DNA of 64,000 bases from positions 512,001 through 576,000 of the forward strand of contig OZ223481.1 of assembly GCA_965140785.1 (NCBI GenBank). Reading direction: 5' to 3'. Below, piece by piece: positions 19,871-29,900 of this stretch. The position numbers and the translations under genes are program-made. The notes under the pieces were generated by a model. The model saw only the letters and a list, made by a program, of their open reading frames with translations, was not told the DNA's origin and did not search any database. How positions within the stretch are numbered: position 1 is the first letter of the stretch; every line of letters begins with the position of its first letter. Source of the stretch: an uncultured Ruficoccus sp. Its GTDB lineage: Bacteria > Verrucomicrobiota > Verrucomicrobiia > Opitutales > Cerasicoccaceae.

Positions 19871-20410
19871 ATGTCTTTCCACGCACCACAACCGCTGAAA
19901 ATCGACGGCTCCGAACTGTACTTCGGGATCGTCGCCGCGCGTTACAACGGCGAACTCGTCGAGGCACTCATCGGGCGCGTCAAGGCCGTCCTCAAGGAGG
20001 CCGGTGTCCCCGCCGCCAACATCCGCCTCGAACGCGTCCCCGGCTCCAATGAGATTCCCTACGTGGCCACCATGATGGCTGCCACTCGCCAGTACGACTG
20101 CATCATCGGCCTCGGCGTGATCATCCGCGGCGGCACCGCGCACGACGAGGTTATCGCCCACAGCACGGCCTCCATCCTGCACCGCGTCGCCATGCAGACC
20201 GAGTGCCCGATCATCAACGGCATTCTCACGGTCAATAATCAGGAGCAGGCCGAGGAGCGCGTCAACGGCCACGCCGACCGCGGGGCCGAGTTCGCCCGCG
20301 CCGCCCTCGAAATGGCCCGCCACAAAGTCAACTACGTGCAGCTCCTCGACGATCTCGATGCCGAGGCTGCCGCTGCCGACGACATCAACGATCTTTTCAA
20401 CAAAAACTGA
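19871..20410 (+). CDS. ribH: 6,7-dimethyl-8-ribityllumazine synthase
   Basis: VPGSNEIP, LGVIIRGGTAH, NGILT. Confidence 0.93.
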   Translation: MSFHAPQPLKIDGSELYFGIVAARYNGELVEALIGRVKAVLKEAGVPAANIRLERVPGSNEIPYVATMMAATRQYDCIIGLGVIIRGGTAHDEVIAHSTASILHRVAMQTECPIINGILTVNNQEQAEERVNGHADRGAEFARAALEMARHKVNYVQLLDDLDAEAAAADDINDLFNKN

Positions 20411-20411
20411 C

Positions 20412-20942
20412 ATGCCCGACCACGAACAAGCCCCCGGTGACGACCCGCAACGGTCGCCCTCCGCCGGGCCGCCCGCTGACAAAAAATCCGGCGAGCCCCG
20501 CGCCAAGGCCCCCTCGCCCCGGCACCTCAACCGCGTCGCGGCCATGCAGTTCCTCTACATGGCCCAGATCAACCCGCCCGACGAGTTGGCCGCCACGCTC
20601 TACGACTTTTTCAATAACCGCGAACAACCGCGCGACTTCTACGCCTTTGCCGAAGACCTCGCCAGCGGCGCCTGGGAACACCGCGAGGCGGTGGACACCA
20701 CCATCCGCGAGCACGCCAAGAACTGGTCCTTCGACCGCATCGCGAAAGTGGACCTCGCCATCCTCCGCCTGGCCATCTACGAACTGCTCTTCCGCCGCGA
20801 CATCCCGCCCATCGTCTCCATCAACGAGGCCATCGACCTGTCCAAGGAATTCTCCACCCCCGACGCCAAACGCTTCATCAACGGCATCCTCGACAAACTC
20901 AAAGGCACCCTCGACCGCCCCCTGCGGACGGCGGATGTGTAG
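20412..20942 (+). CDS. nusB: transcription antitermination factor NusB
   Basis: WSFDRIAKVDLAILRLA, INEAIDLSKEF, FINGILD; follows ribH. Confidence 0.95.
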   Translation: MPDHEQAPGDDPQRSPSAGPPADKKSGEPRAKAPSPRHLNRVAAMQFLYMAQINPPDELAATLYDFFNNREQPRDFYAFAEDLASGAWEHREAVDTTIREHAKNWSFDRIAKVDLAILRLAIYELLFRRDIPPIVSINEAIDLSKEFSTPDAKRFINGILDKLKGTLDRPLRTADV

Positions 20943-20972
20943 GCTTGGCTAAAGGGAAAGATTGAGCTAATT

Positions 20973-21020
20973 CCTCAGCGTTCAGTGAAAAGAGATTTCT
21001 CTTTTCACTGAACGCTGAGG
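20973..21020. repeat. perfect 23-bp inverted repeat with 2-nt spacer
   Basis: CCTCAGCGTTCAGTGAAAAGAGA-TT-TCTCTTTTCACTGAACGCTGAGG. Confidence 0.9.
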
Positions 21021-21139
21021 CGATGCAGGGCATCGAAAGTGCAGGCTTTGCCTGCCGCGGGTCTGGGCTGCGCAAGCCCAGTCTTTACGCAAACCAACCT
21101 TGCCTTTCGCGCGCGGAGCCGGAAAATCCTCCTTTCCCT

Positions 21140-22069
21140 ATGGCCTCATTTTTTTCGCGATTCAAAGACGGTCTGAAACGGACCACGCCGACCTTTTACA
21201 AGATTTTCGGGAAGGTCGGGGGGATTTTCAGCGGCAAGAGCCTCGACGCCTCCAGCCTGGACGAGTTGGAGGAGGCCCTCTACGGGGCGGACTTCGGCGT
21301 GGAGACCACCACTGAGATCGTCGAGGAGATCCAGACCGCCTATAAAAAGGACAAGTCCCTGCGCGGTCAGGACGCCGCCCGCATCGGCGCCACCGTGCTC
21401 AAGCGCGTGCTCGAGGGCGCCGAGTTTGCCACCGATTTTCGCGCCCACAGCCCCGAGGTCATCTGCCTGATCGGCGTCAACGGCTCGGGCAAGACCACCA
21501 CTGCGGCCAAGCTCGCCTGGCGCTTCAAGGAGGACGGACGCGGCGTCGTGCTGGGCGCGTGCGACACCTTCCGCGCCGCCGCCAACGAGCAGATCAAGGC
21601 CTGGGCCGAGCGGCTCGACCTCGAGCTCGTGGCCAGCCAGCACAACGCCGACTCCGCCGCCGTCGCCTACGATGCCTGGCAGGCCGCTGCCGCGCGCCAC
21701 CGCGACATCCTCATCCTCGACACCGCCGGTCGCCTCCACACCAAGAGTAACCTCATGGAGGAGTTGAAAAAGATCCGCCGCGTCCTGCAAAAGCACGACG
21801 AGTCCGCCCCGCACCACGCGTGGCTGGTGGTGGATGGCTCCCTCGGCTCCAACTCCATCGAGCAGGCCCGCGTCTTCCACGAGGCTTTCGGGCTGACCGG
21901 CCTCATTATCACCAAGCTCGACGGCACCAGCCGCGGCGGCGCCCTCGTCGGCATCTACCGCGAGCTCGGCATCCCCATCGCCTACGTCGGCCTGGGCGAA
22001 CAAAAAGAGGACCTCCAGCCCTTCTCTGTCGACAACTACGTCAACGCCATCTTCGGCCTGGAGGAGTAG
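21140..22069 (+). CDS. ftsY: signal recognition particle receptor FtsY
   Basis: GVNGSGKTTT, DTFRAAA, DTAGRL, TKLDG. Confidence 0.96.
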   Translation: MASFFSRFKDGLKRTTPTFYKIFGKVGGIFSGKSLDASSLDELEEALYGADFGVETTTEIVEEIQTAYKKDKSLRGQDAARIGATVLKRVLEGAEFATDFRAHSPEVICLIGVNGSGKTTTAAKLAWRFKEDGRGVVLGACDTFRAAANEQIKAWAERLDLELVASQHNADSAAVAYDAWQAAAARHRDILILDTAGRLHTKSNLMEELKKIRRVLQKHDESAPHHAWLVVDGSLGSNSIEQARVFHEAFGLTGLIITKLDGTSRGGALVGIYRELGIPIAYVGLGEQKEDLQPFSVDNYVNAIFGLEE

Positions 22070-22088
22070 TTTTTACTTTTTTAATCAT

Positions 22089-22217
22089 TAACCACCAAGG
22101 CGCAAAGACCCGAAGGCCCTCAGAGATTTTAACCCCGGATGACACGGATGACGCAGATCAATCTAACGCGCCTCGATTGTCACGACTGGCCTCCGTGCCC
22201 CTGTGCCTCCGTGTGAG
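22089..22217. repeat. degenerate 9-mer repeat arrays
   Basis: TTAACCACCAAGGCGCAAAG, TTAACCCCGGATGACACGGATGACGCAGAT, CTCCGTGCCCCTGTGCCTCCGTG. Confidence 0.6.
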
Positions 22218-22232
22218 CTAAATTAAAAACCT

Positions 22233-23363
22233 ATGAGCGAGCAATTAACCGTCGAACTGGGCGAACGCAGCTACCCGATTATTATCTCCGCCACTGCCGG
22301 GGAGCACGACGAGCACCTTCGCCAGAAGGAAGCCTTCGCCGCCAACACGGCCGTCATCTTCGACGAGAACACCCGCCCCTACGCCCCGGACGATTTGCCC
22401 GAGGGCACCGTCGCGCTCGGCCTTGCTCCCGGCGAGCAGACCAAGTGTTTTTCCGAGCTCCAGCGCATCCTCGACGCCATGGCCGCGGGCCGCATCGATC
22501 GCTCCGGCAAGCTCGTCGCCATCGGCGGCGGCGTTATCGGTGACCTGGCCGGATTCGCCGCCGCGACGTACTTGCGCGGGATCGACTTCTACCAGGTGCC
22601 CACGACCCTGCTCGCCATGGTGGACAGCTCCGTCGGCGGCAAGACCGGCATCAACATCGCCGCCGGTAAAAACCTCGTCGGCGCCTTCTGGCAGCCGCAG
22701 GCCGTCTTCATCTGCACCGAGTTTTTAAAAACCCTGCCCCCGCGTGAATTCGCTGCCGGCATGGCCGAGGTGATTAAGTACGGCATGCTCTACGACCCGG
22801 CGCTCTTCCAAAAACTCGCCGCGCTGGAAACCCCGCTCGTCTGGGACCACCCGGACCTGCCGGGCGTCATCCGCCGCTGCTGCGAGATCAAGGCCGAGAT
22901 CGTCAAGGCCGACGAAAAAGAAACCGCCGCCAGCGGGGGCCGCGCCCTGCTCAACCTCGGGCACACCTTCGCCCACGCCATCGAGAACGTCGCCGGCTAC
23001 GGCACCTACCTGCACGGCGAGGCCGTGGCCATCGGCCTGGTGCTCGCCGCCGAGCTCTCTGCCCGGCTCAGTGACGACGGCGCGATCGGCTTCGCCTTTG
23101 ACCACGACGATGCCGCCGCCGTCCGCGCCCTCGTCGCCGCCAACGGCCTGCCCACCTCCTTAAAAGACCCCGTCGCCGGCCAGCCAGCCCCAGCGCTCGC
23201 CATCGACAAACTCCTCGACGCCATGCGCCGCGACAAAAAAGTCCGCTCCGGCCGCCTGCGCTTCGTCGCCATGGAGGAGCTGGGCCGCGCCGTCACCGTG
23301 GCCGATGTCCCGGAGGCGTGGATACGCGAGCTGTGGGAGGCGTCATTGGCCAATGGTCATTAG
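22233..23363 (+). CDS. aroB: 3-dehydroquinate synthase
   Basis: GGGVIGD, PTTLLAMVDSSVGGKTGIN, LNLGHTFAHAIE, HGEAV. Confidence 0.96.
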   Translation: MSEQLTVELGERSYPIIISATAGEHDEHLRQKEAFAANTAVIFDENTRPYAPDDLPEGTVALGLAPGEQTKCFSELQRILDAMAAGRIDRSGKLVAIGGGVIGDLAGFAAATYLRGIDFYQVPTTLLAMVDSSVGGKTGINIAAGKNLVGAFWQPQAVFICTEFLKTLPPREFAAGMAEVIKYGMLYDPALFQKLAALETPLVWDHPDLPGVIRRCCEIKAEIVKADEKETAASGGRALLNLGHTFAHAIENVAGYGTYLHGEAVAIGLVLAAELSARLSDDGAIGFAFDHDDAAAVRALVAANGLPTSLKDPVAGQPAPALAIDKLLDAMRRDKKVRSGRLRFVAMEELGRAVTVADVPEAWIRELWEASLANGH

Positions 23364-23482
23364 TCGTTGGTTCTTTGTTAATTGCTAATGGTTATATCCT
23401 TTCCTGGGAGACCTGACCAGTTGTACCGTCCGGTGCTGCTAGCCAATGACAAATGACGATTGACCAACGACTAATGACAAAC
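23342..23482. repeat. inverted arrays of 7-mer (STRR-like) repeats
   Basis: GTCATTG/GTCATTA/GTCGTTG units opposed by CAATGAC/AAATGAC/CAACGAC/TAATGAC units. Confidence 0.75.
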
Positions 23483-23494
23483 TAACCCTGTTTC

Positions 23495-24106
23495 ATGGCC
23501 GGTGTCGATGAGACCATTGTGCGCGAGTACTTCGAGATGAACGGGTTCCTCGTTCGTCAGCTGCGCAAGTACGCCGTGCAGTCGCGGGCCAAGCGCAGCG
23601 AGGAGGAGATCGACCTCATGGTGTACAACCCCGGCTGGCGCAAGGGCGCGGGCAAGCCCGGCTTCATGCTCTTCTCCAACGAGCTGGAGCTCGTGCACCG
23701 GGCGGTCGTCATTGTCAAGGGTTGGCACAGCCAGCGCTTCACCCCCGGCACGCTGCGTGGCAGTTCGGACATTTTTAAATTTCTGGAAAAGGATGTTCTC
23801 AAGAAAGCCGAGGATCTTTTTTACGTGGACGAGAAACAGGTCGAGGACATCGGCCCGTTTATGAAGATCCTCGTCATGCCCGGCCTGCCCACCCACGAAC
23901 CGCACAAGTCCCAGAGCATTGAGTTGCTCGAAAAGGCCGGGATCGACGCCATCATTTCCTTCCGCTCCATCCTTCAGGACATCGTCCAGAAGCTCGAAAT
24001 CAACCACAACTACCAGAAGTCCGACCTGCTCCAGATCCTGCGCATCCTGAAAAACTACGACATGATCAAGGCCCCGCAGCTCGAACTCTTCGGCGGCAAG
24101 CGATGA
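23495..24106 (+). CDS. conserved hypothetical protein, possible PD-(D/E)XK fold
   Basis: E.IVREYFE..GFLV, EIDLMV, VIVKGW; host-like codon usage. Confidence 0.6.
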   Translation: MAGVDETIVREYFEMNGFLVRQLRKYAVQSRAKRSEEEIDLMVYNPGWRKGAGKPGFMLFSNELELVHRAVVIVKGWHSQRFTPGTLRGSSDIFKFLEKDVLKKAEDLFYVDEKQVEDIGPFMKILVMPGLPTHEPHKSQSIELLEKAGIDAIISFRSILQDIVQKLEINHNYQKSDLLQILRILKNYDMIKAPQLELFGGKR

Positions 24107-24263
24107 ACGCGGGTGTGGGCAGGTGGCTGGGATTCTCGGGGCTGTTCCACCATTGCAGGCGTTCCGCTCAGGCCACTGTAGTTAAAAACGGATACATGGA
24201 TGCTCCGGGTCATTTGTTATCGTCAACTCTCAAGCTTTCAAACCTTCAAACTCTGAACCTTTC

Positions 24264-24977
24264 ATGAGCGAAGCTCTGATTGAACCCGGCGTCACCCTCG
24301 GCGCTGATTGCACACTGGCCTCTTTCGCCGTCCTCAAGGCCGGGGCTGTCCTCGGCGAGCGCGTTACCGTGGACCACTTCGCCGTTGTCGGCGGCTTGCC
24401 GCAGGACTTGAAATTCGACCCCGCGACAAAGAGCGGCGTGCGCATCGGCTCCGGCTCCGTCCTGCGCGAGGGGGTGACCGTCCACCGCGCCACGACTGCG
24501 GGCGGCTTTACCGAGGTCGGCGCGAACTGCCTGCTCATGGCCAACTCCCATGTCGGCCACGACTGCACACTGGGCGACAACGTCATCATGGCCAACGGTG
24601 CGCTGCTGGGCGGGCACGTCCATGTCGGCAAAAACGCCTTCATCAGCGGCAACGCCGTCATCCACCAGCACGTGCGCGTGGGCGAGGGCTGCATCATTTC
24701 GGGCGGCTCGCGCGTCGGGCTCGACGTGCCGCCCTTCGTCATCGCCGATGGCAAGAACACCGTTGGCGGCCTCAACCTCATCGGCCTGCGCCGCCGCGGC
24801 CACTCCGCCGAGGAAATCACTGACCTCAAAAACTGCTACCGCGCCATCTACATGAGCAATGTGAAAGGCACCGCCGCCGACAAGGCCGCCACCGTCGAGG
24901 CCAAAACCCAAACCGGAAAAACCTTCCTCGACTTTTTCGCCGCCAGCGGGCGCGGTTTTATCCACGCACGCCGGTAG
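24264..24977 (+). CDS. lpxA: UDP-N-acetylglucosamine O-acyltransferase LpxA
   Basis: Hexapeptide repeats, PQDLK, MANSHVGHDC, GHVHVG, HQ, GLNLIGLRR. Confidence 0.88.
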   Translation: MSEALIEPGVTLGADCTLASFAVLKAGAVLGERVTVDHFAVVGGLPQDLKFDPATKSGVRIGSGSVLREGVTVHRATTAGGFTEVGANCLLMANSHVGHDCTLGDNVIMANGALLGGHVHVGKNAFISGNAVIHQHVRVGEGCIISGGSRVGLDVPPFVIADGKNTVGGLNLIGLRRRGHSAEEITDLKNCYRAIYMSNVKGTAADKAATVEAKTQTGKTFLDFFAASGRGFIHARR

Positions 24978-25010
24978 GTGTATTGATAAAATGGATACAG
25001 GGGTGCAGCT

Positions 25011-25460
25011 GTGAAACCGTGGCGGACTCGGATGCGTATCAATAGCGGGGTGTTTCTCGTCGCGTATCTGATGCTCTTTAGCACGCCCTTTTTCTTTTGC
25101 CTCCTGCCATTGTTTGTCCTCATTGTTCCCCTGCGCCAGATGTGGGGCAAGCCTTCCCGACGAAACTTGTGGCGCTGGGGCAGTGTGCTGTGGCTGGTGA
25201 TCGCTCTTGGAGTCGGTAGTTGGTGTGCCTTCGGTGTGCAAATAGAACGGGGTGGTGTATTGCACCAGGGGTATCCACTGGGCCGACCCCTTCCGTCGCC
25301 GGAGTTCTCTTTTTTTAGTGTGGGCGAGCCTTGGACCTTCAACTGGGTTGCCGGGTTGAATCTCTCGATCGTTACAGGTACACTGATGCTTCCACTTACG
25401 GCAATATCCGCCGCCGAGGGGCGACGGCGAAGACGGCTAGCTTCACCGGCTCCGGCGTGA
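25011..25460 (+). CDS. hypothetical membrane protein
   Basis: Three hydrophobic segments; fills the gap between lpxA and pdxA. Confidence 0.45.
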   Translation: MKPWRTRMRINSGVFLVAYLMLFSTPFFFCLLPLFVLIVPLRQMWGKPSRRNLWRWGSVLWLVIALGVGSWCAFGVQIERGGVLHQGYPLGRPLPSPEFSFFSVGEPWTFNWVAGLNLSIVTGTLMLPLTAISAAEGRRRRRLASPAPA

Positions 25461-25518
25461 GGGTACGCGAAGAAGCTTTATTTGTTGTTTTCCGATGCTT
25501 ATTCATCTCTGAAGTTCC

Positions 25519-26424
25519 ATGACTGACACACCTATCGCCATCACCTGCGGGGACCCGGCCGGAGTCGGGCCCGAGATCGTTGCTAAAATTTTAAAAGAGC
25601 GGCCTGAGCTTCGCGAAAAGGTTTGCCCCGTCGGCCCCGCTTCGTGGCTTTCGGAGCTGGACTACACGCAGGCCAGGGAAGTGGGCGAACCCGGCTTTCG
25701 CGCAACCCCGGGCAAGCCGACAGTGGAAGGCGCGGCGGTCGCGCTGGCTGCTCTGGAAGAAGCCGCTTACGGTTGCCGTCAGGGGCGCTACAGCGCGGTG
25801 GTGACCGGCCCGGTCAGCAAGGCCTGGATGGCGAAGGCCGGGTGGACGTGGCCGGGACAGACCGAGTACTTCGCCGAGCGCTGGTACGGGGAGCCGACCA
25901 TGGCCTTCGCCGGGGGAAAGCTCACCGTCGTCCTCGCGACCTGGCACGTGCCCCTGCTGGAGGTGATGAACCACCTTTCCCGCGAGTCCGTCGAGCGCGC
26001 GGTCAAAAACGCCGACCACCTCGCCCGCAAGCTCGGGGCCGCGCAGCCGCGCATCGGCGTCTGTGGGCTCAATCCCCACGCCGGGGAGGGCGGCCTGATC
26101 GGGTACGAGGAGCAGGGCCAGCTCGACCCCATGCTCGACGTGTTGCGCGAGACCTACCCCGGCCTCTCGCGGTGCGAGCCGGGCGACACGCTTTTTCATC
26201 GGCAACTTCAGGGGGAGTTCGATGTGATTATTGCGATGTACCACGATCAGGGCCTGGCCCCGCTCAAGGCGGTGGACTTCGACCGTGCGGTCAATATCAC
26301 GCTCGGCCTGCCCTTCGTGCGTACGAGTCCGGACCACGGGACGGCCTTCGGCATCGCCGGCCAGGGAAAGGCCGACACGGGCAGCTTCGCCCGTGCCATC
26401 GAGCTGGCTGAGGTGTTGATGTAA
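25519..26424 (+). CDS. pdxA: 4-hydroxythreonine-4-phosphate dehydrogenase
   Basis: GDPAGVGPE, LNPHAGE, MYHDQG, RTSPDHGTA. Confidence 0.95.
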   Translation: MTDTPIAITCGDPAGVGPEIVAKILKERPELREKVCPVGPASWLSELDYTQAREVGEPGFRATPGKPTVEGAAVALAALEEAAYGCRQGRYSAVVTGPVSKAWMAKAGWTWPGQTEYFAERWYGEPTMAFAGGKLTVVLATWHVPLLEVMNHLSRESVERAVKNADHLARKLGAAQPRIGVCGLNPHAGEGGLIGYEEQGQLDPMLDVLRETYPGLSRCEPGDTLFHRQLQGEFDVIIAMYHDQGLAPLKAVDFDRAVNITLGLPFVRTSPDHGTAFGIAGQGKADTGSFARAIELAEVLM

Positions 26425-26560
26425 AGGCAGTTGCGGGAGCTGTTTCACGCGGATTCAGCACGTGCCGACAGGGGAATGGTCCGGACGGGTGACCACCTGC
26501 CCCCGCATGTTGTCCTGCCCTTGCATTTTCGGGCGAGATGGTTTTTCTTAAAGGACTCCC

Positions 26561-26938
26561 ATGATTTCCTCTCCGACTACAGAACTGCCCGCGGGCGTAC
26601 GCGTGGGCGACGAACGCCTGATCCGCCTCACCGATCCCGCCGGGGAAAAACTTGCCCGCCTCATCGAACGCGAGCAAAAGGGCGAGTACCTGCGCGTGGC
26701 TATCACCGGCGGCGGCTGTAACGGGCTGTCGTATAAAATGAAGTTCGCCGCGGCCCCGAAAAAGGGCGACATCATCGTTTACACAGGCGGGGCGCAGGTC
26801 GTGGTCGATTCCAAGAGCGCCCTCTACCTCAAGGGCACCACGCTCGACTACTCGGACAAGATGGTTGGCGGCGGTTTCAAGTTTACCAATCCCAACGCCG
26901 CTTCCAGCTGCTCCTGCGGCGAGAGCTTCTCGGTCTGA
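26561..26938 (+). CDS. HesB/IscA/ErpA Fe-S cluster A-type carrier
   Basis: GGCNGLSY, NPNA..SCSCGESF. Confidence 0.95.
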   Translation: MISSPTTELPAGVRVGDERLIRLTDPAGEKLARLIEREQKGEYLRVAITGGGCNGLSYKMKFAAAPKKGDIIVYTGGAQVVVDSKSALYLKGTTLDYSDKMVGGGFKFTNPNAASSCSCGESFSV

Positions 26939-26977
26939 CCCGAGCAAGCGGGCGGCGGATCATTGTTTCGTTCGCAT

Positions 26978-29900
26978 TCATCCGTTTGTTTTTCCGCGCC
27001 GCAGCTTGAGCGAAGCTTCCGCCAGCGCGCAGTACAGTACGGGTACGACAAAGATCGTCAGCAGCGCCAGCAGCATCCCGCCAAAGGTCGGGATCGCCAT
27101 CGGCACCATCACGTCGGCACCGCGTCCGGTGGAGGTGAGCACCGGCAGCAGGGCGAGGATGGTCGTTGCACTGGTCATCATGGCCGGTCGCACGCGACGG
27201 ACACCGGCCTCCACCGTGGCCGCACGGATCGACGCGCGGTTGCCGGGCTTGCGCTCGCCGAAGACCTGCTGCAGGTAGGTGCACACGATGACGCCGTTGT
27301 CCGTGGCGATGCCGAACAGTGCCAGGAAACCGACCCACACCGCCACGCTCAGGTTGATCGTGTCGATCTGGAAAAGCGCGCGCAGGTTGTGCCCGAACAG
27401 GTTCACATTCATAAACCACGGCTGCCCGTAGAGCCAGATCAGGATGAATCCGCCCGTCCAGGCGAACAGGATGCCGGAAAAAACCAGCAGCGTGGCGCTG
27501 ACGCGCTTGAACTGAAAATACAGGATCAGCCAGATGGCGGCGAGGGCGATGGGCAGGATCAGGCGCAGCTTTTGCTGGGCGCGAACCTGGTTCTCATAGC
27601 TGCCGGTGAAGCGGTAGCTGACACCGGCCGGGATAAGCAGTTCGCCCGAGGCCTGCTTGTCCTTTAAAAACTGCCGGGCCTGCTCGACCACCTCGACCTC
27701 GGCGTGGCCGGGTGCCTTGTCGAAGATCACATAGCCGAGCAGAAAGGTGTCCTCGCTCTTGATGACCTGCGGCCCGCGCACATAGTCGAGGGTGGCCAGC
27801 TCCTTGAGCGGGATCTGGGTGCCGTCGGGCGCGGCCACGAGCATGTTTTCAATCGCCTCAATGCTGTCGCGCAGCTCGCGCTGGTAGCGCACGCGCACCG
27901 GGTGGCGCTCGCGGCCCTCTATCGTCTGGGTGACCGGTTTGCCGCCGAGGGCGACCTCGATCACATGCTGTACGGTCTGGATTTTAATCCCGTAGCGGGC
28001 GATAGCTTCGCGGTTGATATCGATTTCCAGGTACGGCTTGCCCACGATGCGATCAGCGAAGACAGCCTCGGACTTGATCGCGGGCACCTGCTTGAGCAGG
28101 CTCTCAATCTCCAGCGCGGTGTGCTCGATGGTCTCCAGGTCGGGGCCGTAAACCTTCAGCCCCATGGGCGCGCGCATCCCGCTCTGGAGCATGACCACGC
28201 GGGCGGCGATGGGCTGGAGCTTCGGTGCCGAGGTCGTGCCGGGGATGCGGGCAGCCCGGACGATTTCCTCCCAGATGTCGTCCGGACTTTTGATCTGGTC
28301 GCGCCATTGGCGGTACGGGCGGCCATCTTTGTCGGGGATAAGCTTGCCCGCGGCGTCACGTTCGAAGTCCCCGGCCTCCTCGTCGTAGGCGAAGGTCAGG
28401 ATGCGCCCGTCTGCGTCGGTCATGTACTCGGTTTTGGTGGTGATGATCGTCTCGATCATGGAGACCGGCGCGGGGTCGAGCGGACTCTCCACGCGTCCGA
28501 GCTTGCCCACCGCGAGTTCGACCTCCGGGATGGCGTTGATCGCTATGTCCTGCTTTTTCAATACATCCATCACCTCGCCGATGGAGGCGTGCGGCATGGT
28601 CGTGGGCATGAGCAGAAACGAGCCCTCGTCCAGGTTCGGCATAAACTCCTTGCCCAGCCCCGGGAACTGCCGTTCCAGGTAGGCAGAGGGGGCCGAGTCC
28701 CGGACAAACCCCGGCAGCCAGCCGAAGAGTTTGCCCCAGCCCAGCCACGCGACGAAGCCGAAGCCGACGATCAACGCGCACGCGGCGAGAAAGGGCAGCT
28801 TCACGCTCAGGATGAAGCCGAGCATCTGCGCATAGCAGTGGATGACCGCATAAAAGAGGCCTAATAGCCCGCCCACGGCGATCAGAACAAAAAGCGCATT
28901 GCCGACGCTGGCCTCGGGCCCGAGCGGTTGCCAGTCCCGCGCTAGCCATAGGGCGACTACCCCCGCGACCAGAAAATTAAACCCACGCAGGATACCCTGC
29001 CTGATGTGCGTGGGCAGATGGGCACCGAGCAGATGGAAGGCCGCGACACCGATCATGAGCAGGCCGAGCCACCAGGGAAACCAGGAGATGAAAAAGGCCC
29101 CGATCAGTCCGGCCAGTGCCAGCATCGTCCAGAGCCAGACGCGTGCAAACCGGCTCTTGATCTCGCCCGCGATAAAGGCATGCGCCAGGGGCGGGATAAT
29201 GGTCAACGCGACAATGATTGAACCGATCAGGGCGAAAGTTTTCGTATAGGCAAGCGGGCGGAAGAGCTTGCCCTCCGCCGCCTCCATCGTGAAGACCGGC
29301 AGGAAGCTGATCACCGTGGTCAGCACCGCGGTGACGACAGCGCCGGAAACTTCCGCGCAGGCCCGATACACGACCTCCAGCCGATTCTCCTCGGGCGGAG
29401 CATTCTCCAGATGGCGCAGGATGTTCTCTATCAGCACCACGCCCATATCCACAATGGTGCCGATGGCGATCGCGATGCCGGAGAGGGCCACGATGTTCGC
29501 ATCCACGTCGAACAAGCGCATGCCGATGAAGGAAAAGAGCACGGCCAGCGGGAGCACACCGGAGATGAGCGTGGCGCTGCGCAGATGCATGACCATGATC
29601 ACCACGACGATGATGGTGACGAGGATCTGCTGGCGAACGGCGCTCTCCAGCGTGCCTAGTGTCTCGTAGATCAGGCCGGTGCGGTCATAGAAGGGGACGA
29701 TCTCGACCTGGCTGACGGTGCCGTCGGCCCAGCGTCTTGCGCGGCAGGCCGGGGGAGATTTCGGCGATCTTCTCCTTAACGCGCTTGATGACAGCGAGCG
29801 GGTTCTCTCCGTATCGAGTCACCACTACACCGCCCACAGCCTCGGCCCCTCCTTTATCCAGAGCGCCGCGCCGAAGTCCGGGTCCGAACTGCACCTGCGC

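Noticed and set aside
4354..24262. CRISPR array interpretation of the intergenic repeats
   Set aside because: Units are 7-9 nt, degenerate and contiguous, with no unique spacers and no cas genes in the window.
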